Shown one piece after another: positions 12,992-24,972 of a stretch of DNA of 44,614 nt (the first letter of the stretch is position 1; each line of letters opens with the position of its first letter). A program made the position numbers and the translations under genes. This DNA comes from Octopus bimaculoides (Eukaryota). Where the stretch lies: contig NC_068982.1 in NCBI RefSeq assembly GCF_001194135.2, positions 139,371,879-139,416,492 on the forward strand. Reading direction: 5' to 3'. The notes under the pieces were generated by a model that had not been told where the DNA came from, ran no database searches, and saw nothing but the letters and a program-made list of their open reading frames with translations.

Positions 12992-13703
12992 NNNNNNNNN
13001 NNNNNNNNNNNNNNNNNNNNNNNNNNNNNNNNNNNNNNNNNNNNNNNNNNNNNNNNNNNNNNNNNNNNNNNNNNNNNNNNNNNNNNNNNNNNNNNNNNNN
13101 NNNNNNNNNNNNNNNNNNNNNNNNNNNNNNNNNNNNNNNNNNNNNNNNNNNNNNNNNNNNNNNNNNNNNNNNNNNNNNNNNNNNNNNNNNNNNNNNNNNN
13201 NNNNNNNNNNNNNNNNNNNNNNNNNNNNNNNNNNNNNNNNNNNNNNNNNNNNNNNNNNNNNNNNNNNNNNNNNNNNNNNNNNNNNNNNNNNNNNNNNNNN
13301 NNNNNNNNNNNNNNNNNNNNNNNNNNNNNNNNNNNNNNNNNNNNNNNNNNNNNNNNNNNNNNNTATTGGTTTACAAATTCAAGGGACGAAGAAGCTGAAC
13401 GCTGGATTCCCTTCGTTGATTTTCAATTCAAACAAATTTTTAATTCATTATTTACACGTTATTATTTATAACTGCATGTAGTTCATCCATTATGCCTTAA
13501 TATACTTCAACCGTGAAAAACTGTTATTTGTAAGTATTTTAATATTTCAATTTGTTTTAATTTGTAAAAATTAATTTAATTAGGGATATATACTTTTACT
13601 TTTACTTATTTAATTGACCGCTAGGCTGACTGACTTATAGATTATTTAGCCAATTAGCTGTTTGGTTGTGTAGCCCACTCACTGATTAGGGATACTGGCT
13701 GGT

Positions 13704-14926
13704 ACTTGAACGTCAAGTATGAAATTTGTAGTAAGGTATACGGTAAACTTTGACAGCTGCTCGTTTTGCGCCCTCATTATTTTTTGACGATATTTTTTGT
13801 TAGAAAGCTGACACATCTATTTCTTTATTCTAATACATTTTGCGCTTTATATAGAATTCATAAATCGTTTTTTGCTGTTTTTGTTTAGAAATGGATAAGT
13901 CGGAAAACGTACACTTTTGAAATATGAGTTCTTTCTTGAAAATACAGCATCACAGACAGCTCGGAATATTAATGTAGTATTTCATTCTATCTAGTGTTTT
14001 TACACAGCAGACGGTATCAAATTGGTTTGAAAAATTTCATTCTGGTAACTTTGACCTCACAAACAAATAACGCGGTCTACCAGAGACAAAGATGTAAAAT
14101 GACAAACTGAAAACCACCGTCGAGTCAGATCCATCTCAAAGTGCCCGTGAATTATCGTTGTTGTTTGGTGTTAGCAAGCAAACAACATTGACTCACCTTG
14201 TTAGAATTGGTAAAGAGAAAAATTTGGATAAGTGGGTTCCACATGAACTCAAACAAAATCAGAAACAGCAACGTTTGGAAGCCTGCATTATGCTACTTTC
14301 GCGTCACAAAAATGAATCATTTTTGAATCGAATTGTAACATGTGATGAGAAATGGATCCAATAGCACAAGCGTAAACGTTCAGCACAAGGGTTGGACAAA
14401 GAGGAGCCACGAAAACACAGTCCAAAAAGCAAAATTCATCCAAAGAAGCTGATGGTATGTGTTTGGTGGTCTGGCGCAGGTGTGATCCATTATGATTTCA
14501 TTAAACCTGGCTAATCAATCACGGCTGAGGTATACTGCAGCCAACTGGACCAAATGATGCAGAAAGTTAGAAAATACAGCCTAGATTAGTCAACCGATGC
14601 ACTCCTATTTTATTGCAAGACAACCCCAGACTGGGTAAAGGTACCTGTGACAATATTTATGACTACCACTTCTTCCAGTATTTGGATAACGTTTTGATAG
14701 GAAAATATTTAATTTCGACGATGCTTTAAAACAGGTCTTCCAAGATTTTATTGACTCTTCATTGCCAGGCTTTTACAGTTCCGGCCTGGACAAGCTGCCG
14801 CTGAAATGGCAAAAGTGTATTGACAATATGGGTGCATACTTTGATGAATAAAACTATTCCTTGTATGTATAAAACATTGGCAGACCTTTTTTTCTCTTCG
14901 ACAAATTTTATACTTGACGACCTAAT
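13704..14926 (+). mobile_element. decayed mariner (DD34D) transposon
   Basis: TIR cores CGTCAAGTATGAAATTTG (13711) and ACAAATTTTATACTTGACG-ACCTAA (14901-14925). Length is about 1.2 kb with one internal deletion, and it encloses a transposase pseudogene. Confidence 0.92.
13891..14851 (+). pseudogene. mariner transposase pseudogene
   Basis: Starts MDKS and contains WVPHEL, RIVTCDEKW, LMVCVWW, LLQDN, DYHFF and KLPLKWQKCIDNMGAYFDE*. Multiple stops and frameshifts; the segment carrying YSPDL is deleted. Confidence 0.95.
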
Positions 14927-17084
14927 GGATCAGCAGTTTGAGTTGGGAATTTATAATCTTCCATAGATATTGTCACAGGTATCCCTTTACCCACAATAAA
15001 AAGAAATGAAACCTTTAGAAAGAGTCAATTAGATAGAAGTAACTGTCTATAAAAGAGGTAGGGTAGGGGTCACATTAATTCATGATATTGTTACCAGTTA
15101 AAGGGGCAAACACTATGAAACGTAAGATGCTATAATGAGATTCAGGAAAAAATATTATAATGAGGTCCAGGAAAATATTAGGGGCTCAATGGGAGAACCT
15201 TTATAAGCAATATTATTATGCTGTATAACAATAAAACAAAATGTAAAAAGAAAAAAATCAACAAAGTGATATCATAACCAAATTAACTATAAGCTGTATA
15301 TGGATCAATTTTAAACATTAAAAGGAAGATTACTAGTATATAGAATCAATTTAATACCTCATCCTTACTTAATTAATCAATTATTCGGTGGTCTCTACAA
15401 AGACCACTCAAACCACTTGCACATGGAATATTTGGAAAGATATACTTACTATCTATTGACTGAAAGTAACGAATCAGGAGCAGGACAATAAGATAATGAT
15501 ACTACATAGACAAAATTAAATATAAGTATTTAAGAAAAACGTGTGTACTGACACAAGAAGGTGTAATAGTATAAAAATAATGCATACAGATACATATACA
15601 AAAGGGGTTTATTTATACATATACATACACATACACACATACATTATATCTATATCAAATTTGACATTCTACTCTGAATTACACTACAAACTGGACTGTT
15701 GACGACCGTTGATCTTAAGCAACTCTGCTAAGTGGGAATAGCATGGTATTTTCGATACAATAAAAATATATCTATCCCCTCTATCCAGCATATTGAGATC
15801 AATATCAAATAATATTTGCCCTGTCTAAAATGCATTATTGATATATTCTGTTATTGTTACAGAACTACTCACATAGACATATGTACATACACACATATAT
15901 AAATATTTATACATACACACATACACACGTATGTATATACAAATTTCCATGAAGGCAATGCATTATTCACAAAAGTATTTAAACTGCACATTCAGAATCA
16001 TACACACGCATTCATATCAAAGAAAATAGACAACTACAGATGATAAAAGAGAAATTTCCCCAAGAAGAGAAAAGTATATTGAGAAACATACCGCTCAGGG
16101 AAAAGTAAAATCAGAGAGAATAAGCCAACAAGAAGTGAAATGCGACAACAGAAAATGTAATCACTTTGCAGATAATAAATGAGAAAGACACGTTGAAGTA
16201 AGATGACCTGTTAGAATTTTCAGCTGAATTATTGGTTTCCGAATCTATTCATCATCTTAAAAATAACAGTTAACCTGACATGGATTATGAAATTCTAGAT
16301 ATACTTAAAATGGTTTGATGGCGGTTGCAATGCTTCTGGCCATAGGTGGTTTGAAGAAAGTTTACTTGGGGCTGATTAAAATAAAATCTAAAACATAAAG
16401 TTTAATTCAAATTTCAGAATTCTATAATGAGGATTCATAATAAAATAAGGTCTTGTTTGAAGAATAATGCCTATGTGTTCTAGCGGCAGACATTATGAAT
16501 ACGTACCTCTAATCTGGTTTTACTCAATACGATAGCTGCGCTAAACAACAAATGAGATTACATGTTGTATTTTCTGAGATTTATTTTTACCAGTAGTCAA
16601 GGACCACTCAACTACTTAGAGTCGTCCTTATATTAACGAAATTGAGGAACTACAAATACAAATGCAGCAGAGAGATCCCTAACATGCCGTCCTAAAATGC
16701 ATTTTGATTTCGGCCGCTTGAGGAAGAATAAACCACTGTACACATATAGAAAGAACAATGAATTTTAAGCTTCTAAATATGCTTCATTGCACAAAAAAGA
16801 GAAATCCAATATAAAGCCATGACATTTATAGAATTATATTTAATTCAGCAACATAGCGAAGTGTTCCGGAAAATGTTCCAGATAGCATAAACAGAAAAAT
16901 AAATAAAAGCAATTGATATTACATAACCGACATGAAACACATTTACAGATTCCACAGAATCGAAGCGCTACGATGGTAAATGATACTGGCTTTACACGCT
17001 GGTGTCTATTTTATTCTGATACTACTACATGTCAGATTGCTCCTGGAATATATGTATGTGTATATGTATGTATTCGTATCCATG

Positions 17085-17200
17085 TGCCTATGTTTCCCAA
17101 ACACGTTGTGTCGGGTTCAGTTCCACTGTGTGGCACCTTGCGAGTGGATTTGATAGATCGTAACTGAAAGAAGAACGCAGTAGTTGTACTGACAAGTAAT
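17085..17200 (+). mobile_element. internally deleted CORE-like SINE
   Basis: GGGTTCAGTTCCACTGTGTGGCACCTTG joined directly to the tail GAGTGGATTTGATAGATCGTAACTGAAAGAAG. Confidence 0.7.
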
Positions 17201-17273
17201 ATCCGTGGTCACTTTTACATGGTTGCCCGTTCGAGAGATTTTTTAACTCCAAGAGGGCATCTTCTGTAGCTGG

Positions 17274-17321
<48 letters not shown>

Positions 17322-17404
17322 NNNNNNNNNNNNNNNNNNNNNNNNNNNNNNNNNNNNNNNNNNNNNNNNNNNNNNNNNNNNNNNNNNNNNNNNNNNNNNN
17401 NNNN

Positions 17405-17457
<53 letters not shown>

Positions 17458-17487
17458 CATATACATAAATGTGCGTGTTTGTGTGTC

Positions 17488-17700
17488 TGTATTTGTCCCC
17501 CCACTATCAACTTGACAACTGATGTTGCGTCCCCATAACGTAGCGGTTCGGCAAAGCGGTCGATAGAATAAGTACTAGGCTTACAAAGATTAATTTCTGA
17601 GGTCGATTTGTTCGACTAAAAAATGAGGTGGTGCTCCAGCATGGCCGCAGTTATATAACTGGAAGAAGTAAATGAGTAAAATAAAAAGAATAAAAGAATA
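17488..17700 (+). mobile_element. octopus-type SINE 3' portion
   Basis: TAGCGGTTCGGCAAA..GATAGAATAAGTACTAGGCTTACAAAG...GGTGCTCCAGCATGGCCGCAG and an (AATAAAAG) tail; same family as 37573-37690. Confidence 0.85.
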
Positions 17701-17856
17701 TAGTTACGTGCATATTATTTACACATTCAGACATACATCCATATAAGCAAACGTACCCATTAATATAGATACATGTACAAAAGTGTAAACGAAAATTCAT
17801 ACGGGCATATACGTGTGTCAGTCCCTATCAGTCTGTCTATTTATCTATCTATCTAA

Positions 17857-18981
17857 TTTAAAATAGTCAGCTACACAGATCACAAGTTTGTGACGTGTAC
17901 GCTCGACTTAGATAAGACACATAGGCAGGGTCCCGGTTACTGGAAACTGAACGCTTCGCTCTTAGCGCGGCAGGTTTACAGGAACCGGATTAGCGAATTA
18001 ATTAAGAGGGCGTTAACAGGAGCCATCGTTAACAACCGCTGGTGGTTTGCCCTGAAAATGGCAATCAAATCGGAATCTATTAGGTTTAGTAAAGAACTAG
18101 CGATAGATCGAAATAGAGTAGAGGGAGACTTAGTTAAGAAACTAGAAGAGGCACATACAACTGGCAGCGCAACCAACGTTTTGGCTGCGAGGATGGCCCT
18201 CGACCAACACNNNNNNNNNNNNNNNNNNNNNNNNNNNNNNNNNNNNNNNNNNNNNNNNNNNNNNNNNNNNNNNNNNNNNNNNNNNNNNNNNNNNNNNNNN
18301 NNNNNNNNNNNNNNNNNNNNNNNNNNNNNNNNNNNNNNNNNNNNNNNNNNNNNNNNNNNNNNNNNNNNNNNNNNNNNNNNNNNNNNNNNNNNNNNNNNNN
18401 NNNNNNNNNNNNNNNNNNNNNNNNNNNNNNNNNNNNNNNNNNNNNNNNNNNNNNNNNNNNNNNNNNNNNNNNNNNNNNNNNNNNNNNNNNNNNNNNNNNN
18501 NNNNNNNNNNNNNNNNNNNNNNNNNNNNNNNNNNNNNNNNNNNNNNNNNNNNNNNNNNNNNNNNNNNAATTCCCGGTTTCGTGAGCCGAGGTGCAGTGAC
18601 ATTGCTGAAGAAAGACCCAAACAAGGGGAATTTTATAGATAATTTCAGGCCCATCACTCTGCTTAACGCAGATTTGAAAATGTTGGCCAAAGTAATAGCC
18701 GAGAGGTTGGCGCTTGTCATAGGTAAACTGGTCGACAGGGCGCAAACATGCGCCGTGCCGGGCAGAGGTATCCATGACAACCTCCACCTCATGCGCTACA
18801 TCATGGACAGGGTAGTTAAGGATCCTGGCATGGGTGGGGCGCTGATCAATTTAGATCAATCTAAAGCCTTCGATAGGGTCGACCATCGATACCTGGCGGC
18901 CATCCTCAGGGCAGCTGGCTTTGGTCCTGTCTTCCGCGGTTGGATCGCTGCCTTGTATACCGGCATCCGATCGGTAATACG
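17857..18981 (+). mobile_element. Tx1/L1-clade LINE ORF2 fragment (end of APE endonuclease, linker, N-terminal half of RT), split by an N gap
   Basis: YTDHKFV (SDH motif), GPGYWKLNASLL, NFRPITLLNADLKMLAK, QTCAVPGRGIHDNLHLMR, LINLDQSKAFDRVDH, GFGPVFRGWIAALY. No stops on either side of the gap; GC-richer than the flanks. Confidence 0.93.
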
Positions 18982-21358
18982 TCCGCATCACTCTCTCACT
19001 TCTGTCTGTATCTCTGTTTTCCTGTCTCTGTGTATCTCTCCTTGTATGTCTGTCCCTCTCTCTATATGTATATACACATATATAAATACATACGTTCGCA
19101 TGTGTGATGCACAAATATATTATATCTATAAATACATCCATTTTACATTAGATAGCACGCGTATCAGGTATATATTCTCATATCCTCGTTAATATTCTTT
19201 CACTGGGAATTCATTTACACGAGAAATTCTCTTTTCTTTTTTATAAATTTTCCCGATTGAATTCAGTTCCCTCAATTTTAATGAGTATATATTGCCTATA
19301 TCAGAATGGATGTTTCTAGAAATACATCATGTCTTCAGGCGTTAATTATTTCAGAAATCATTTCACCTAAGGTGAGTTACACACTCACACACAAAAACAT
19401 TCGCACCTACGTATACTTATACATTCCTGTGCATACGCACATAAATACACATACATACGTGCATATATCTGCTTGTATGCAGCAACATCAATTTTGATTT
19501 ACTGCCACGAAAATTATTTCGTATGCTCCACATATACAATATTCGTTAGACAACATAATTTCTGAAGATATCGTGAATGGAATAATATATTAAGCAACAT
19601 CCGGAGAGTCCCTAACTGTAACCGTTTTCCAGTTCAGTTTTCAGCTATTTATAATCAGGCCAAATTTCATCCTTGAATGTGAAAATAATCAAGGGACAAT
19701 AATCTTATTTTCTCTAATATTTTCTTAGACACCGTATTACAAATCCATAAAGTCATATACACAGCACGCGTGCATACACACAAACACACACAGACAAGAA
19801 TATATAAATATATGTGTATGTCTAAAAACATGCATACGTGTATACATACATTTATATGTGCAAGCATACTCCTAAGAATAAATAGATGTACATACATACA
19901 GTTACACCGCCTTATTCTAAAACTATTAACAGTAGTAACTTCTTTTCAATAGAAAGCGTCAAAAACCAGAAAAGTTTGTTTCTATATTTGTGTCCTGAAG
20001 ATTGATTATATTAGACTAGTATTGATCAGATTTCAACATCGATAGCGGGTTACAGTACTGACAGGGGATATTTGTGACCGAATAATGCTCATTCTTTTGG
20101 AAAAAAACACCTTTTAAAATTTCCTTTTCAGAATCGTTAAGCAGCATATTAAATATACCAAGGAAGTAAACGCTGGAAAACGACGCTATTGTGGATTTCG
20201 AAAATAGAAAAGAAAAAAAATTATTGATGATCTGTCGAAGACTACGAGATATGTGGCAATAAGTATTCACTGTAAGCAAACAAGTAGCTATAATTCTCAC
20301 ACAACTGAAAAATAATATATAAAGTATACTTGGAGATAGGAAAAGAGATCTTTTAAATATAAATCAATCTGCTGTCAGTGTGAGAATCCGTCATCAGATG
20401 GCTGAGGAATTTAGTCGAATCTGTCGTAATTCCAAAGAGAAATGAGAGAATAGTCAATAAAAATGTACAGAGCGTTCTTATGAGGAATATAACGATTCAT
20501 TCTTAAGGAAAGTCCGGAGTGAAGCAAGGATGAAGCAAGGATAAAATAAATCATAAATGATTATTAAAAGCGTATGAGACCAGCTGCATATAGAATCAAT
20601 GGTGACGTTCTTGAGATCAAGATAACATTTTCAAAATACGAAAACATCAGGAAGAGAACTGTTTCCTGCTACAGTTACATAAATCTACTCTTCTTTTGTA
20701 GATGTTTTACTGGATTTTACGAGAACATCTATGAACAAAGACGTAAATATATCAAGCCGGCTAGCATTGTCTGATTAAGTTTGATACCAGAATTAAAGTA
20801 TCTCTCAAAGTGAAGAACTACCTCACAATTGCATACCAGAATTTAATATATAATATTTATTCAGCATATCTAAAGATATTTCCCCCGGACAACTGCTATA
20901 GTAACATTATGTTTACAACCGAAGACACAGCTAGAAAGAAGACGTATTCCTGATGGGTTGAGCATCGTCCAATACGCAAAAGGTGCGATAATATAGAAGG
21001 AGATTTAGTCTACTGTCGCTGGAATTATCGCTCGTAGATAATAAATTTAATTCGAATGAATAAAATTGTATATATCATACTGAAGGCAATATAAGATTTA
21101 GCATCGTCCTTGGTCTTCCTTCCCGAATTTAAATACATAACTTGATTCTACTCTCACACATGAGAGTATTGGAACAGAAAACGGTAAATAACAGCAAAGA
21201 GGATAGGTCACACCCTTTGGACATATCATTGCTTCACACTGGATTTCGAATCAGCATCGCTTGGCGTTATATTATCTGTAGCTTGAATAGGTACTCTATA
21301 ATTAATATGGAAATACACTATATTTAAATCCTCAACATTTTGATCATGTATCGATGTT

Positions 21359-21626
21359 TTGGGTGTGTGCATAATTATTACGGCTTCTTTTATTCAACAA
21401 ATCTTATTCAACAAATCTTATTCAACTAAAACAATAACAACATGTAACAAAAACATCTTTAAATGATTTTTCCGGAGCATATTCACCATCTACTTCAATT
21501 ACTTCATCCCGTTTGCTTGGAAGACGGCCAGACCGTCATTTAAAGATGTTTTTGTTAAATATTATTATTGCCCTTGTTGAATAAAATTTGTTGAAACAGT
21601 GACGTAATAATTATGCACCAACCCAA
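21359..21626. mobile_element. mariner-derived MITE
   Basis: Termini TTGGGT(GT/TG)GTGCATAATTATTACG resemble Hsmar1-type TIRs, with TA at 21627-21628. Long imperfect arms include a perfect 22-bp inverted repeat (21445-21466/21536-21557). The core encodes the transposase C-terminus-like peptide RLPSKRDEVIEVDGEYAPE on the minus strand. Confidence 0.8.
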
Positions 21627-22455
21627 TAGAATCATAAGTTAGATCTGCGATGAGAACTCTGCGACACGATGGCCACGAGAAATGTTCGAAGCCTTTAAAA
21701 TATTGTCTTTTCAAGAAAAGCTGAGTTTTGCATAAAAATATATATCTGTCCTCATTACGGAACACTATATGTATTTATTACATATATGTAATAAGTCGTT
21801 AATACATCAATTTACATATATATATCGCATTTAATATTTACGAATGCTACTTAAATAATCCTAATTATATTTTCTGTATATTCATTAATAAATTTCTTTT
21901 ACGTTGAGCCATCATCTAATCACAGATGAACATGACTGATACGGACCACACACACGCGCACACACATACACACACACAAACACGCACATACACACACACA
22001 CAAACACGCACATACACACACACAAACACGCACATACACATATTACGCCTATAAGTATATGTATGTACGTATATATGGATGCAGGAAGGTATCATACACA
22101 CTTTACTATCTTCAGATAACACAGAATATAATTAGAGCTGAGCTATGATGAAGACAATTTTTAAAATTATATTTAATATTTAATAACGGAAATTTCTAGA
22201 AGTAATTATATAAAGAACGAATAATCACCTTCATTGAACCACATTCATTACAGAATTGCACTCATATAGTGACATATCTAACATCTTATAAGATATTGAA
22301 ACGTATCACTTCATACATTTTTCGATATCTTTCTTTAATGAAATACGCTCTTTCATTTATCTGTGCAGACTTCCGATAGCGTCAAATTTTTATGACGCTA
22401 AGATAAAAAGACAGAGATAGAAAGCTGTATAGGACAGAGAAAAAGGGAGGGAAAG

Positions 22456-22500
22456 AAAGAGAGAGAGAGAGAGAGAGGAGGAAAGAAAAGAGAGAAAGGG

Positions 22501-22540
<40 letters not shown>

Positions 22541-22605
22541 GAGAGAGAGAGAGAACGAGAGAGAGAGAGAACGAGAGAGAGGGAGAACGAGAGAGAGAGA
22601 AAGAG

Positions 22606-22660
<55 letters not shown>
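22456..22660. repeat. (AG)n compound microsatellite with GAGAGAGAGAAC units
   Basis: Direct reading. Confidence 0.98.
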
Positions 22661-22880
22661 AGCTTAAAGCAAAAATGTGAAAATTATACGTATTGTTTCT
22701 CCACTAAATTCGAAGTGTGCATATACGATATCAGAAGTTATATCTGCATACATACATATATACGTACATGTATATGTATATATACATACATATATATATG
22801 TATATGTATATGTATATGTATATATATATGAATCACAAATCTACACATGAGAATATATGTATAAATGTACATTCACACAA

Positions 22881-22966
<86 letters not shown>

Positions 22967-24297
22967 AGCTATCTCCAGATATTTCACATGATTAAGTATT
23001 TCTTAAGACAGTTGATTCAACATGTCTATGGTTTCAAGAAATAAATTGCTGACCAGCCCGCGAGATAATATGGAGCGACTGTAGCAACATTAATTCGCTG
23101 TCGGTCACAGTAACTGTTGTTGTTGTTGTCGTTCTTGATGTTTCAACTGGTGTTCAACTTGTTTTTCTGAAATGATGTTATTGTCTTCGTTTCAAAAATG
23201 TTGGTCTCGCAGATGAGGGCAACAGATGTTTTAAGCTCTTATGCTCTTAGTTTTCCAGTTGATGAAGTGGTTGATAAAATTATGTTTTGAACACCTAAAT
23301 GTCATTTTGTATCGTGCCTGAAGCTTACGTGGGTCAATAAAGCTCAGAGTGACGCGGTCGTGAGACTATTACTTGTAGAGCTACGAATGCCAACAAAGTG
23401 AAAGAAGAATAACCAGACTGAACACCACTATTCTCAATCAAGATCCCAATAGCTGAAAAAACTTTATAAAAACAATAATGACTGAAATCAGTAACAAAAC
23501 AAAGCGAGACTCTGGTTATGAAGTCATTACTCAAGCTACTTACCACAAAGCCACTCCTGCGCTCATTTGCGCAATCCTTGGCCATAACAACACTGCAACT
23601 GAACGACGTGTATCATTTGGCTCTAAAGTATTCTAATTTCAACATTGAAAACTCTTCTCTCCAAACCCAACTGTCGGGGAGTGACGAACTTGGAGATACA
23701 AGTTGTGGGTATACTTTCTTTTGAGAAGAGAGAGAACGGTAAGATAGAATACAGTCCAAAGAGTGTGTTTTAGTGTGAAGAACAGGATCTTTGAAGCCAT
23801 CAATTAACGCCAACTGCCATAAACATAAGATTTATTACTCTGCGCGTACCATTATCTCAAGAAATCTCTATTTTATCTCAGCTTATGTTTTAACACGTGA
23901 TGCTGATAAAGATATGGGAAATCAATTTTACCATCACCTGAGAAACAACATTTTGAAATAAACAAGTAACAAACTTCGACTCAGAGAAGAATTCGATGCA
24001 AAAGTAGAGAAAAAAAGACGGGCAAGGGAAAATATCAATAAAGGTGTTAAGAATTTTACACGCACATACACAGACACACAGACACGCGCACACACATCTA
24101 ACCCCACACTCATCATCGCTTCTAACATATGACAAGAGTGCTAATGTTCTATTATTACAGCATGTATTGTATTTCGTTGTGATAAAAGCAATAGAGCGTA
24201 TGACGATTTTCTTGGTGTATTTCTTTCTATTTAACAACCTGAGATTAAATTTACTTGCATCAAATTTACTCTTAACATTTCGGAATCGAAGACAAAT

Positions 24298-24972
24298 GCG
24301 AGCTGGCAGAATCATTATCACGCCGGGCGAAATCCTTAGTGGTATTTCGTCTGCCGCTACGTTCTTAGTTCAAATTCCTCCGAGGTCACTTTTGCCTTTC
24401 ACCCTTTCAGGGTCGATTAAATAAGTACCACTTGCGCACTGGGGTCGATATAATCGACTTAATCCGTTTGTCTGTCCTTGTTTGTCCCCTCTGTGCGTAG
24501 CCCTTTGTGGGCAGTAAAGAAATAAGAATCATTATCACACCGGTAGAATACTCCGCAGCATGTCGTCCATTTGTAGCGTTTTGAGTTAAATTTTCGTCCA
24601 GGCCGACCTTGTCTTTCATTCTTTCAGGCTCGATAAAATAAGTACCAGTTGGGACACTGCGGGTCAATGTAATCAACTTGCTTTTCTCTCCACGAAATTT
24701 TTTGGTTTGTGTCAAAATTTGAAATCATTATTTGAGAATGGAGCACGGATGCGAGCCAGCAGAATCATTACCGCTCCAGGAAAATTCCTTAGCGGCATTT
24801 CTTCCGTCGCTACGTTTTGAGTTCAAATTCCACCGAGGTGGACTCTGACTTCCATCATTACGTGTTCGATAAAGTTGAGCATTGTCTGCGGGGTGGGGGG
24901 GTTTCGACATAATCGATATAATCCACCCCCACCCCCCGAACTTGCTGCCTTTGAGACAAAATTTGAAACTTT
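24298..24972 (+). mobile_element. cluster of three head-to-tail tRNA-derived SINEs (24298-24524, 24525-~24730, 24751-~24972)
   Basis: Each has a GCGAGC..GCAGAATC-type head, GAGTTCAAATTC-like B box and CTTTCA..CTTTC.GG.TCGAT central motif; the first copy is the least diverged. Confidence 0.9.

Noticed and set aside
13600-13700. CCAAT-like motif (AGCCAATTAG) upstream of the mariner
   Set aside because: A single short motif with no associated gene or other promoter evidence.
4689-20397. Other CTGATGA hammerhead-core matches (4689-4695 minus, 5930-5936 plus, 6017-6023 minus, 20391-20397 minus)
   Set aside because: None is followed by a stem II closing onto GAAA.
23334-23813. Cluster of short ORFs on both strands that might be an exon
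   Set aside because: No recognisable domain, no consistent splice signals, and the region contains a SINE head fragment (23532-23562).
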